Source of the DNA: a virus
Taxonomy: Duplodnaviria; Heunggongvirae; Uroviricota; Caudoviricetes
Length of the DNA: 64,000 bases
Virus record (IMG/VR): IMGVR_UViG_2648501839_000008
Strand: one strand, 5' to 3'
Shown here: positions 55,984 to 64,000 of the stretch, piece after piece
Layout: each line of letters starts with the position of its first letter
Numbering within the stretch: position 1 is the first letter of the stretch
Notes under the pieces: generated by a model
The model's input: the letters and a program-made list of their open reading frames with translations, nothing else
Databases searched by the model: none
Told to the model about the DNA's origin: nothing
Program-made: the position numbers and the translations under genes

Positions 55984-56292
55984 ATGAAATCGATATTGTT
56001 ACCACCATTATTTTTACTTTGCTCAGTTGCGGCAAATGCAATGGACTATAAGCCTGTCATTCAGTCGCTGATGAATGACGTGTGCTCAACGTCTCAGAAT
56101 GTATCAGTTTGCATGTATCAATTTTCGGCAGCCGTAAAAGCAGGAAAAGCGATAGGTGAGAATGTGGAACTGTGTAAGAAAGTGGCAAATGAAGAAAGGG
56201 CAATGTTGGATTGCGAATCTAGCGAGTCATCGGCACAGTTCGTTGATGCGCTATTTGACACCAATCGTAAGGCTGTAGAGTCTGTTCAATAA
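55984..56292 (+). CDS. Small secreted protein
   Basis: Signal peptide MKSILLPPLFLLCSVAANA; 102 aa. Confidence 0.45.
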   Translation: MKSILLPPLFLLCSVAANAMDYKPVIQSLMNDVCSTSQNVSVCMYQFSAAVKAGKAIGENVELCKKVANEERAMLDCESSESSAQFVDALFDTNRKAVESVQ

Positions 56293-56304
56293 ATCTATAA
56301 GGTT

Positions 56305-56334
56305 AATAACCGGCTAAGTCCGGTTATTATTTTT
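56305..56334 (+). terminator. Rho-independent terminator
   Basis: taaccggctaagtccggtta hairpin followed by ttatttttc. Confidence 0.55.
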
Positions 56335-56576
56335 CACATCACTTCTTTATATCTACAAATCAAATAACCTAAATATATATAAGGTCTAAAGCCGCAATCG
56401 ATTATTTATTTAGGGAACACCTTCGACGATCTCGCTTTTATTTCTAGGACTTTCATCCCTGCAAAAAATTTTAAAAAAAACACTTGCAATCTTTTTTCGC
56501 GTATCGATAATTGAACTCGTCGAAAGCGAAGACGCTAACGACAATAAATTTTAAATTTACATAAGGAAAAATTATC

Positions 56577-57227
56577 ATGGCTAACATTATCATTTCTAAA
56601 AAATCCATCATTGAAGCTGCTTCCATTGTATCCGATGAACTGCGCGAAAAAGCAGATCTGGCAACTCAAACATATAACGAACATTATAAAAATGGTACGC
56701 ACACTAAAGCAGACAAAGCAAATATGCAAGCTGCGACCACTAAACTTGCTTACTTCATCAACAACGTCGTAAACGCAGTAGAAGACGAAAAATTATGCTC
56801 TGTTTTCTACTATGCGATTAAAGCAAGCAAACAAGCGCCAGAAGTATTTTTCCGTGATGCAATGACTAATAGTTATTCTCTGGAAAAACTGGTTTATCTG
56901 GTTAAATCAATTAAATCTGGTAAATGCGTTTATTCCATCGCTGATATGTCAGGATCTCGTGTATTCGCTTTAATCGATATGATTAACGACGAGATCGACA
57001 CGTTCACCAATGGCGCTGTTTTCGATTTAATGAATGAAGCTAAAAAAGCGTGTGAAATTAAATTGGACGCTGGCTATACTCAAGCCAACCAGTTGATCAA
57101 TCTTTGCGAACGTCTTGGACTTGTTGAAAAAGTCAAAGGAGCTGGGAGCGCGAAAGCTGGTACTCAGCAATATCGCTTCATTAAAAATGATTTCTACAAT
57201 TATTTAGCTGATGCTTTCAAAGCGTAA
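56577..57227 (+). CDS. Hypothetical protein
   Basis: 216-aa ORF preceded by AT-rich promoter-like region. Confidence 0.5.
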   Translation: MANIIISKKSIIEAASIVSDELREKADLATQTYNEHYKNGTHTKADKANMQAATTKLAYFINNVVNAVEDEKLCSVFYYAIKASKQAPEVFFRDAMTNSYSLEKLVYLVKSIKSGKCVYSIADMSGSRVFALIDMINDEIDTFTNGAVFDLMNEAKKACEIKLDAGYTQANQLINLCERLGLVEKVKGAGSAKAGTQQYRFIKNDFYNYLADAFKA

Positions 57228-57275
57228 TAAATGGAATCAAGCGCCCATAGTGGGCGCTTTAAAGGAGCTTTAAAG

Positions 57276-57479
57276 ATGGTCAGCTATGACAAGATCCGCG
57301 CGGAATATCGCGCAAAGTATCGCGCTTATAAACTGGAATTAATCGATGATTTGATCGCGCAACGCGACCAATTAAATTTTACGTTTTCTGATTTGCTTAA
57401 CAGCAAGCGAGATTGCAAGCGCAAACGTGAATACTTACGTTTAAGCGCATTAATCGGAAAACTTCAAAATTCTATTTAA
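57276..57479 (+). CDS. Hypothetical small basic protein
   Basis: Start placed at internal ATG after AAAGGAG RBS; ORF-track start 57231 overlaps an intergenic hairpin. Confidence 0.35.
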   Translation: MVSYDKIRAEYRAKYRAYKLELIDDLIAQRDQLNFTFSDLLNSKRDCKRKREYLRLSALIGKLQNSI

Positions 57480-57498
57480 TTTTTTAAGGAGCTTAATC

Positions 57499-57729
57499 AT
57501 GTTTGTTCTTATCGCTGGCGTTAACGTCCATAATGAATATTATGTTAATCGCATCGCTGGGATCGCTGGTTACGCTGGGCGCGCAGTCGAGCTTATAGAT
57601 GAAACGACGCGCAAAATTGACTTATTGAGCGACCAGGAGCGAAAAAAAGCAGACGTGAACGACGCTGATATATTTTTAATGTTAAAAGCGTTTGTAGAAA
57701 TGGGATTTAAAATCAGTTTACACAAATAA
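57499..57729 (+). CDS. Hypothetical small protein
   Basis: 76-aa ORF with AAGGAG RBS. Confidence 0.4.
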   Translation: MFVLIAGVNVHNEYYVNRIAGIAGYAGRAVELIDETTRKIDLLSDQERKKADVNDADIFLMLKAFVEMGFKISLHK

Positions 57730-57735
57730 AATCGA

Positions 57736-57758
57736 GCGCCCACTATGGGCGCTTTTTT
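57736..57758 (+). terminator. Rho-independent terminator (GCGCCCA-CTA-TGGGCGC plus T6)
   Basis: gcgcccactatgggcgctttttt; a near-identical hairpin without T-run lies at 57240-57256. Confidence 0.6.
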
Positions 57759-58047
57759 CGTTTCCAATACTCCCACCATAACGCGCCATCATTAGCGCGT
57801 TTTTTATTGTCTTTAACTCACTCCAACAACATAAAAATAAGCGCCAAAATAACGCCATAGACGCGCTTTTATATCCTTACCAGTACATACCCATTACTTA
57901 ACACATTAACGCGCTTAAAACGCGTTATATTGCGCTATAGAGTATGGTTAATCATTGGCTTTTAGTCTTGCTTTATGATCCGCGTTTATTTGTCGGCGCG
58001 GATCGGCATTTTGTTTTGTTCCGTATCCGCTCGCGTATTATGTGCGC

Positions 58048-58093
58048 GTGATTTTTCACATAATCACACCACTTAATCACGTATGTGATTATG
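58048..58093. promoter_or_regulatory. DnaA-box-like sequences and inverted repeat (TTTTTCACA; CATAATCACA...TGTGATTATG) in AT-rich region
   Basis: tttttcaca matches DnaA-box consensus TTWTNCACA; read directly. Confidence 0.3.
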
Positions 58094-58217
58094 CTACGAA
58101 AGAAATCTGGATGTCTCAGGCGACGAAAGTCATCATAATTTTCGCCGCTCACCTGTCCGACAACCGCTGGTTGGATTCCACCAGCTTCCCGATGTTTTTT
58201 CTACATAAAGGCGAATG

Positions 58218-58333
58218 CAGCCGTTTCCCGAAAAAATCCTGGCCGTTTCCCGTCGGCTCATGAATGCTTTCCTCGCCGTTTCTGAAAATTTCCCTGCGGC
58301 AGCTGGTGGCTATAGATAAAGGGCCGTTTCTGG
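58218..58333. repeat. Iteron-like direct repeats, cluster 1 (4 copies of GCCGTTTCCC/GCCGTTTCTG)
   Basis: Copies at about 58221, 58244, 58276 and 58323. Confidence 0.45.
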
Positions 58334-58345
58334 CCCTCTTCTCAG

Positions 58346-58828
58346 TTACACGCCATCAAGGATGTGGATGCGGTTGCTTGCGTATACATTCAGCATAAAG
58401 TTAGCGCAAAACAGTTTCCATGTGTCAACGCCAGCGGTATACGTAATGTTTTTGCATTTAATCGCATTGTTGGCGATCCGCATCCCCTGCGATACTGCTT
58501 CATCGTCGGAAAATTTGAACGACGATTGAGTTTTAATCCAGAAAGAAATCTGCGTAGCGAACTCAATCAGCTTGGACTGGCAGAATCGCCCGGAGCGCAC
58601 CGGAAAGACGAACGTTCCGAATCCAGAATTTACCACATACGCTTTCTCAAATACCCGCGAGTAACGACGATTGCCAATGATGTCGCGTGCAATAATGCAT
58701 TTTTCTTGTGCTGACAGTTCTACCGTCTCATTGTCGCGCCATGCACCAAGTACTCGTTTTTCAATGTCAGAGAACGTTACAGCGATATTGCCATGTGCGG
58801 GTGCGTTTACAGTAGCGATAAAATTCAT
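58346..58828 (-). CDS. Hypothetical protein
   Basis: 160-aa ORF; O2 operator and conserved TTAATTATCG box upstream. Confidence 0.45.
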   Translation of the reverse strand: MNFIATVNAPAHGNIAVTFSDIEKRVLGAWRDNETVELSAQEKCIIARDIIGNRRYSRVFEKAYVVNSGFGTFVFPVRSGRFCQSKLIEFATQISFWIKTQSSFKFSDDEAVSQGMRIANNAIKCKNITYTAGVDTWKLFCANFMLNVYASNRIHILDGV

Positions 58829-58847
58829 GATTAATTCCTTATCGTAA

Positions 58848-58867
58848 ATAACAAATTGTTTTCTTGT
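58848..58867. promoter_or_regulatory. O2 palindromic operator
   Basis: aataacaaattgttttcttg. Confidence 0.45.
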
Positions 58868-59032
58868 TTGTGTTAATTATCGTTGTACGAATAAGGCGTC
58901 AAAGTGGAAAGTTGCGGTAGCCGGACGGGAACAGGTGGGTTTGTCGGTTGCCTGGAGGTAAGAGGTTGGTGTTTTTAGCCTGAGGGAAGCAGGATGGTCA
59001 TTTAAGGCCACCAGCATTGGTGACCTTATTCT

Positions 59033-59320
59033 TCAGTGGAGCAGACCGATGTCGATGGTATCCCCTGAATCATCCACACGGATCATCAGCATGGCAAAGG
59101 CGTTTAGTGGATAGCTTGCGTGCCATTCAGGGAAGCGGTCATCTCGCATGAAGTCGGCAATGTCGTAAACGCATCCCTCAAAGTGGAAGAATCGCGTGCT
59201 TACCTGCTCATCATAATCCACATGATCCATTTCTTGCTGTTCTGTTTCCGGCAAGTCCAGCCATGATTCGAGGAATACATTTTGTGCTTTGGTGGTAATG
59301 GTGAAATCAGTCATGAGCAT
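59033..59320 (-). CDS. Hypothetical acidic small protein
   Basis: 95-aa ORF; paralogous upstream region. Confidence 0.45.
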   Translation of the reverse strand: MLMTDFTITTKAQNVFLESWLDLPETEQQEMDHVDYDEQVSTRFFHFEGCVYDIADFMRDDRFPEWHASYPLNAFAMLMIRVDDSGDTIDIGLLH

Positions 59321-59331
59321 ATCCTCACTGC

Positions 59332-59351
59332 GTAAACATGTTGTTTTCTTG
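59332..59351. promoter_or_regulatory. O2 palindromic operator
   Basis: gtaaacatgttgttttcttg. Confidence 0.45.
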
Positions 59352-59442
59352 TTGTTGTAATTATCGCAGCGAGATAAAGGCAGAAAACAAATTGTTATCG
59401 GGCATAAGAAAATGGCGCGGTTTACGCGCCATTCAAAGAGGA

Positions 59443-59838
59443 TTAAGCGAATACGCTTTCAGGGATTAAGGTGCCGGCAGGAATGCCAGAGGTAATGCGC
59501 AGACCGTACTGGCCAATCCAGGTGGTGCTGGTGTTCAGGCTGGAGGCGAATACGGTGTTAACCATATTCATCATGGTTTCAAACACCTCTTCATCAACCT
59601 GGCGGAAGTAGTTCTCGATTTTCAGCAGCAGCGGGTCAGTTGCATCGAGAATGGACTGGTATTGAGTCGCGTACTCGCCGCCGGAGGCATCACCTTTACG
59701 CACGATCGTACTGGCCTGGACTTCGGCACCAGTTTCGGTGTTGTACGTAACAACGGTGATTTTTGCCACATTCTTACCTTCGGCGGTTTCAGAGGCATAG
59801 TAAACATCAACTGTCAGTTTTTCGCGTTTAACGGTCAT
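59443..59838 (-). CDS. Hypothetical protein
   Basis: Start placed at internal Met (MTVKREKL...) with GGAGAG RBS; ORF-track start 59904 would include the O1 motif. Confidence 0.45.
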   Translation of the reverse strand: MTVKREKLTVDVYYASETAEGKNVAKITVVTYNTETGAEVQASTIVRKGDASGGEYATQYQSILDATDPLLLKIENYFRQVDEEVFETMMNMVNTVFASSLNTSTTWIGQYGLRITSGIPAGTLIPESVFA

Positions 59839-59964
59839 TTCACTCTCCGTAGTGTATTGGTTATTTTTATATTCTATGATCGTAAGTATGTACTTACAAT
59901 ACAAAAAAGCCCCGTAAGGATGGCGGGGCTGTCGTACTGTCGACTAATTACCACTTGCACATTA

Positions 59965-60276
59965 TCAGGCTATTGCCATCACTGATGCTCTCTGAATTTC
60001 TTGCTGGGCCACGCGGTTAACTTCCATCAAGGCCAGTTCGAGCTGATGTTCCGGCCACATTCTTTGAAATGCCACCCATCCTTTTCCACGCTGGCGACGA
60101 ACATTCATTACATAACGAGTAAAGGTGTTTTTATCGAAAGACACCGCTGTTTCACGGAACAGACGAATAGAAGTTCCATTGGCAACGATGTCTAGCAAAG
60201 TTAATTGAGCAACCAGTGCAGGCTTCTCTTTTCTCTTCTGGTCTTTGTCCAGACCAAGAACCAATGATTTTTTCAT
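59965..60276 (-). CDS. Hypothetical small basic protein
   Basis: Start at MKKSLVLG with GGAG RBS; O2 operator just upstream. Confidence 0.4.
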   Translation of the reverse strand: MKKSLVLGLDKDQKRKEKPALVAQLTLLDIVANGTSIRLFRETAVSFDKNTFTRYVMNVRRQRGKGWVAFQRMWPEHQLELALMEVNRVAQQEIQRASVMAIA

Positions 60277-60285
60277 CACAACTCC

Positions 60286-60304
60286 GTAAACAACTTGTTT
60301 TCTC
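60286..60304. promoter_or_regulatory. O2 palindromic operator
   Basis: gtaaacaacttgttttctc. Confidence 0.45.
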
Positions 60305-60429
60305 AATGGCGTAAATAATACCAGTAAGAAAACGGCTACAAAGCATAATGATCAGGTGCATGATCGATATGCAGGTTCCTCCCAGCGGCTATAGAGAAAT
60401 TAAGCCAGCAATGCTGGCTTTGGTTGGGA

Positions 60430-60780
60430 TTACGCGAATACCTCAAGAAACTCCTGAACGTCCCAATGCTGGACGAGGTGAAGATAGACCTTAGAAATCA
60501 CGTCATTTTCGCTATCGCATGTGAAGTAGTACTTCTGGCTGCGGTTGTATGTGTCCACACAAAATTCGCTCATATCCATAAAGTCAGCATCTTCACCCAT
60601 GTCGCAAATCATCAAAGCAGGTGCGTCATCACGAGTCATCAGCTCAAGCACCCACCGCGAATTGATCAGAGTGGAAGACCAACCTTCTAACTCATAAAAC
60701 TGATCAAACTCTTTTTGAGTTAATTTCTTGATTTGGTTGATGTCGATATTTGCAAACATAAAGCAATCCTTAAACAACAT
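60430..60780 (-). CDS. Hypothetical acidic small protein
   Basis: 116-aa ORF, strongly acidic. Confidence 0.45.
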   Translation of the reverse strand: MLFKDCFMFANIDINQIKKLTQKEFDQFYELEGWSSTLINSRWVLELMTRDDAPALMICDMGEDADFMDMSEFCVDTYNRSQKYYFTCDSENDVISKVYLHLVQHWDVQEFLEVFA

Positions 60781-60789
60781 GTTTTCTTG
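60770..60789. promoter_or_regulatory. O2 palindromic operator
   Basis: ttaaacaacatgttttcttg. Confidence 0.45.
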
Positions 60790-61109
60790 ATGGTGTTATT
60801 ATCGCAATAACGCACAGGCGAAAAAGGATTTTATTCCGGTGAATGTGGTTTTGGCAGTGAGTTTTCAGGTTCAGTACCGAGTACACTTTTTACATTATTC
60901 TGATTTAGTGGCTGGTGGGCAGAATAATCCTCTCCCCGAAAACCTACTGAAATCGATTGTGACCCGTTGGCTGTCTGGCACAATTACGCTGTAGCTGGGC
61001 ATTCAGAGGGAATCCAGCGGTAAGCAAGTCCGCCTACGTGAGCGCCTCTCTTCTTCCCGCACATTACAGGTGGGTAGCCGCAACTCTCCCTCTCGCTATA
61101 CCGGTACGC

Positions 61110-61246
61110 CACCTTTCCTGAACCGGCATCGAGCCTTCTCCCGAAATCCACACAGGCAACTCGACCGTTTCCCTGAAAACCTCCAGCCGTTCCCCGAAGG
61201 CAACCCAGCCGTTTCTGTAGCGGGATGCAGCCTTTTCCCTGTATGG
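61110..61246. repeat. Iteron-like direct repeats, cluster 2 (about 6 copies of AGCCGTTTCCC-GAA-type unit at 22-25 bp spacing)
   Basis: cacctttcctgaacc, agccttctcccgaaatcc, cgaccgtttccctgaaaacc, cagccgttccccgaagg, cagccgtttctgtagcg, cagccttttccctgtatgg. Confidence 0.45.
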
Positions 61247-61379
61247 ACCGAAGGCTGACCGTAGGGGTGTTACGGGGGATAAAATCAGGAGTTGAATAAA
61301 TACGAAAAAGGAGGCGACACCCCTCCTTCCCTCCCCACTTATACATACCTGGCTTCTTCGCTATGCATGTTGTGTTTTA

Positions 61380-62300
61380 TCTGTCTCAACCTCTCTATAG
61401 GCGTTAATGCTCACTCCTTCCAGAATGTTCTATACGGCGACTATTTCTGTTGGTGAATTGGGTGTGTTGTTTTCTCTGTCGGTGTATGTGGTTTCGTTCG
61501 TTTTGCGGTGGTTCTTCTATGGGGTGTTCTCGTCGTTTTGGTGATTGTTCTTCTCCATGTATGGAGTAATGGCAGGTGGGCGAATCCTTTCGTTATTGTG
61601 TTTGAGTTGTTTGTCTGGAGTGTGTGAAGGGCTTTTGTAGTTATTCGTGTATTGGGTAATGGCGTTTCCCGTGATTGTTATGTTTCGTGTCTTTTGGGAT
61701 TGAGAGAATCCTTGCGGTTACAGGCTTCGTTGGGTTTTCAGTGATTCTGGTGTTTCTTCGCTGTTTGGGGAATGGCGTGTCGTGGGTATCGCGCGTATGA
61801 ATGTTTTCGGATTGCCTGTGAAAGTTAGGTTGGCTGTCCGGTAGCCTGGGGAGAAGAGGTGGGTCTTTTCGGTAGCCTGCCATAAAGAGGTTGGTTGTTT
61901 TGGGGAATGGCATGTGTGTTATTTAGTTGTTTTGTTATAGCTGAAAATAAGTTGTTTATATAGTTATGTAACGCAATGGGAGTGATTTTGAGCGTGTGTT
62001 TTTTCTTGGTAGTGTGTTGGGTCGTCTGTGGTGAAAATTGGACGCTGTGGCGCTGTCTGCTGCGTAGAATTACGGGTATAAGAAGTGATGTGTGAATACG
62101 TCAATTTTTTAGACCAAATCGGGTGAAAGCGTTGACGTTTCGTTGATCTGTTATTTAGTTGTTTTCTTATTGGTATAAACAACGTTAACCTATTGATATT
62201 TAAAGGTGTGATTGCAGGTATGGAAGAAGAGTAGTGGCGATCAACGGATTCTTATAGAAAAGAATCAAATTGTGACCGCCATTATCAACTGATTGATTAA
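61380..62300. other. ORF-free, strongly GT-skewed region with imperfect repeats
   Basis: No ORF of 60 aa or more on either strand; repeated GGGTAATGGCG-like and GGTAGCCTGGGGAGAAGAGGTGGG-like units. Confidence 0.4.
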
Positions 62301-62311
62301 GCTAATTACAC

Positions 62312-63541
62312 TCAAACATCCCCGTTCTTAATCCACTGCCTGACTTGCTCGTCTTGTGCGACTTCTTTCTCATGTTTGGCAATATACAAGTCTGGCAATA
62401 GGGGTGGAGCGAATTCAGGCTCTGTCGCACGCCACTTTTCATATGCGTCACGCATGGATTTCTCAACATTCCAATGCTCCAACTCTTGGTATTCAATCGG
62501 CCAGTTATCCTGCAATCTCTTCACTGCATTAGCCAGGTCGTATCGGAAGTAAGGATTAAGACCAATGAAATTACCAGCCAGCATGTCATCAACCTCCTTC
62601 ACTCTGGCAATCTTAGAAAACTTACCAATAGCAATGTTGAGGTCCCAATCTGACACGAACAACAAAAGTGCTGCAAATGCCAGAAACTTAGCTTCCCCGT
62701 ATGCTCTGTCGCTAACCGTTTTTGTCTGAAACTCAATGTAATTGCCCATCACAAAACTAGTAAGCTTACAGGTATTACTTATCTCGTCCTCCAAATGCGA
62801 TGGATCGAGAATTGTGCGGTCACGATTATTGTTTATGTGTTCTAAGATTACAGCAATGTCTCTATGTGAGACTGAAATTTCACGCAATTGCTGGAGAGTC
62901 TTGATGTGAACTCTTAGCACCTCTTTGTCAATCGCACGCTTCCAAGAAAAACCAGGCACAGTAACCTGAATGGGCGCGAAAGGTAGAATATCAGGAGTTG
63001 TCCATGCTAGATATGCATCACGTAACCCACTAATATAATAAAGCCAGTCTAAATGCTCGCTTTCTAACCATATTTCAAATGTGGAATCCTTTCGCTTATT
63101 GAAGAACCATTCCCTCATCTGCCACATTTTTTCTTGAGTAAATATCCCTTCCTGTATGCCGGCACAGACCAGCTTTCGTATTACCTGCGAATACTTTGTT
63201 CGATCTTTTGTGAATGAGACAAGGTGCTGCTTCACCTCAGATGTTAGTCTATCTCCATAGAAATCACATGATGGATGATGGCCTTGACCATCTTCACCGG
63301 TAAATCTGAAATGCGCCTTCTTGTGATAGCCACCATTCCTAGTGGCTCTAACGAACGAACCACCTCCAACTTTGCAAATGGGGCAGATGATATCGTCACG
63401 GGCAATAGCATGAACCGAGCTGTCATCTAAATTCTTTAGCGCCAAGTACTGCTCAGGATCGACTTCTTTTTGTAACGATTTTGAAAAAGCGGTATCAGTC
63501 ATTCCAAGCTCCGAGCAAGGGGTTATTTGTTCAATTATCAT
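62312..63541 (-). CDS. Hypothetical protein with Cys/His zinc-binding-like motif
   Basis: 409-aa ORF; CPICKVGGGSF...HKKAHFRF...HHPSCDFY. Confidence 0.5.
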   Translation of the reverse strand: MIIEQITPCSELGMTDTAFSKSLQKEVDPEQYLALKNLDDSSVHAIARDDIICPICKVGGGSFVRATRNGGYHKKAHFRFTGEDGQGHHPSCDFYGDRLTSEVKQHLVSFTKDRTKYSQVIRKLVCAGIQEGIFTQEKMWQMREWFFNKRKDSTFEIWLESEHLDWLYYISGLRDAYLAWTTPDILPFAPIQVTVPGFSWKRAIDKEVLRVHIKTLQQLREISVSHRDIAVILEHINNNRDRTILDPSHLEDEISNTCKLTSFVMGNYIEFQTKTVSDRAYGEAKFLAFAALLLFVSDWDLNIAIGKFSKIARVKEVDDMLAGNFIGLNPYFRYDLANAVKRLQDNWPIEYQELEHWNVEKSMRDAYEKWRATEPEFAPPLLPDLYIAKHEKEVAQDEQVRQWIKNGDV

Positions 63542-63672
63542 TCGGAATTATTTACTGTCTCGCCCAGTTTCACGTCATTTTATTCCCTAGTCTAGCTTTT
63601 CTAGGGTATACAGCTTATTACAAGCTCCTCATTATTAACTGTTTCCGTAACTCATTGATCCGCTTATACACT

Positions 63673-63981
63673 CTACCAACACCAGCACTCAAGCCCTTCA
63701 ACGATCGGCGCACCACAATCAAAATGTACAGAGTCAAAGCCTACATCAAGTACTTTCTGAATGTTAGCAATCGCGCCTTCGGATATACCATATCGACGCA
63801 AGTCGTCTTTCCAGACATCATCCTGTAACCCGGCGTGGACAATACAACCGCCATCAATTTGTGAAACCCAATCCAGCTCATTGCTTGCGATCATGAATCG
63901 GCGAGCATCTTCCTCTGATGTATGAGATGAACTGATCAATGCCACCTGGTAGGCTTGGGTAATGTTCAACATTTCAACCAC
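63673..63981 (-). CDS. Hypothetical protein
   Basis: 102-aa ORF; O2 operator at 63985-64000 upstream. Confidence 0.4.
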   Translation of the reverse strand: MVEMLNITQAYQVALISSSHTSEEDARRFMIASNELDWVSQIDGGCIVHAGLQDDVWKDDLRRYGISEGAIANIQKVLDVGFDSVHFDCGAPIVEGLECWCW

Positions 63982-64000
63982 TCCGAAACAATTTGTTTTC

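Noticed and set aside
61380-62300. CRISPR array or type III toxin-antitoxin RNA repeats in the GT-rich region
   Set aside because: Repeats are imperfect and irregularly spaced, with no repeat-spacer periodicity and no adjacent cas or toxN-like gene.
1-64000. Transposases, IS elements, protelomerase/telomere sites, rRNA genes
   Set aside because: No transposase-like ORFs, terminal inverted repeats with target duplications, telRL-like palindromes or rRNA-like sequence were seen on reading the window.

Overview
This 64 kb window reads as a large part of a temperate siphovirus genome with plasmid-like maintenance functions (a phage-plasmid; by gene content it resembles the SSU5/pHCM2 type, but that assignment is from memory and unverified). 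Most genes are on the minus strand. From high to low coordinate there is a lambda-like morphogenesis block in canonical order: small and large terminase, portal, scaffold, major capsid, an Ig-like decoration protein, head-tail connectors, major tail (gpV-like), G/T chaperones, a 1529-aa tape measure, gpM/L/K/I-like proteins, a 1576-aa gpJ-like host-specificity protein, a lambda Stf-like side tail fibre and a second fibre with a C-terminal intramolecular chaperone. Below that lie a lysis cassette, a type Ib partition pair (ParA plus small partner), a DnaB-like helicase, primase, ATP-dependent DNA ligase, four tRNA genes, a glutaredoxin, a tyrosine recombinase and a CobT-like vWA protein. Plus-strand insertions include an SF2 helicase block, a Sel1-repeat secreted protein and an AT-rich membrane protein. 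Candidates for an undescribed system, in my order of interest: (1) a translationally coupled four-gene module of two ParB/Srx-fold proteins, a compact ABC-type ATPase and a GNAT-like protein at 50140-53037; (2) an AT-rich KAP-family P-loop NTPase at 16239-17942 flanked by one copy of a 58-bp nested palindrome that recurs 33.6 kb away; (3) an AT-rich membrane protein at 5120-6382. Non-coding structure is rich: two dispersed palindromic operator families, iteron clusters with DnaA-box-like sequences, a 0.9 kb ORF-free GT-skewed region, and long hairpins interleaved with the tRNAs. All calls come from reading the sequence and ORF translations; no searches were run.
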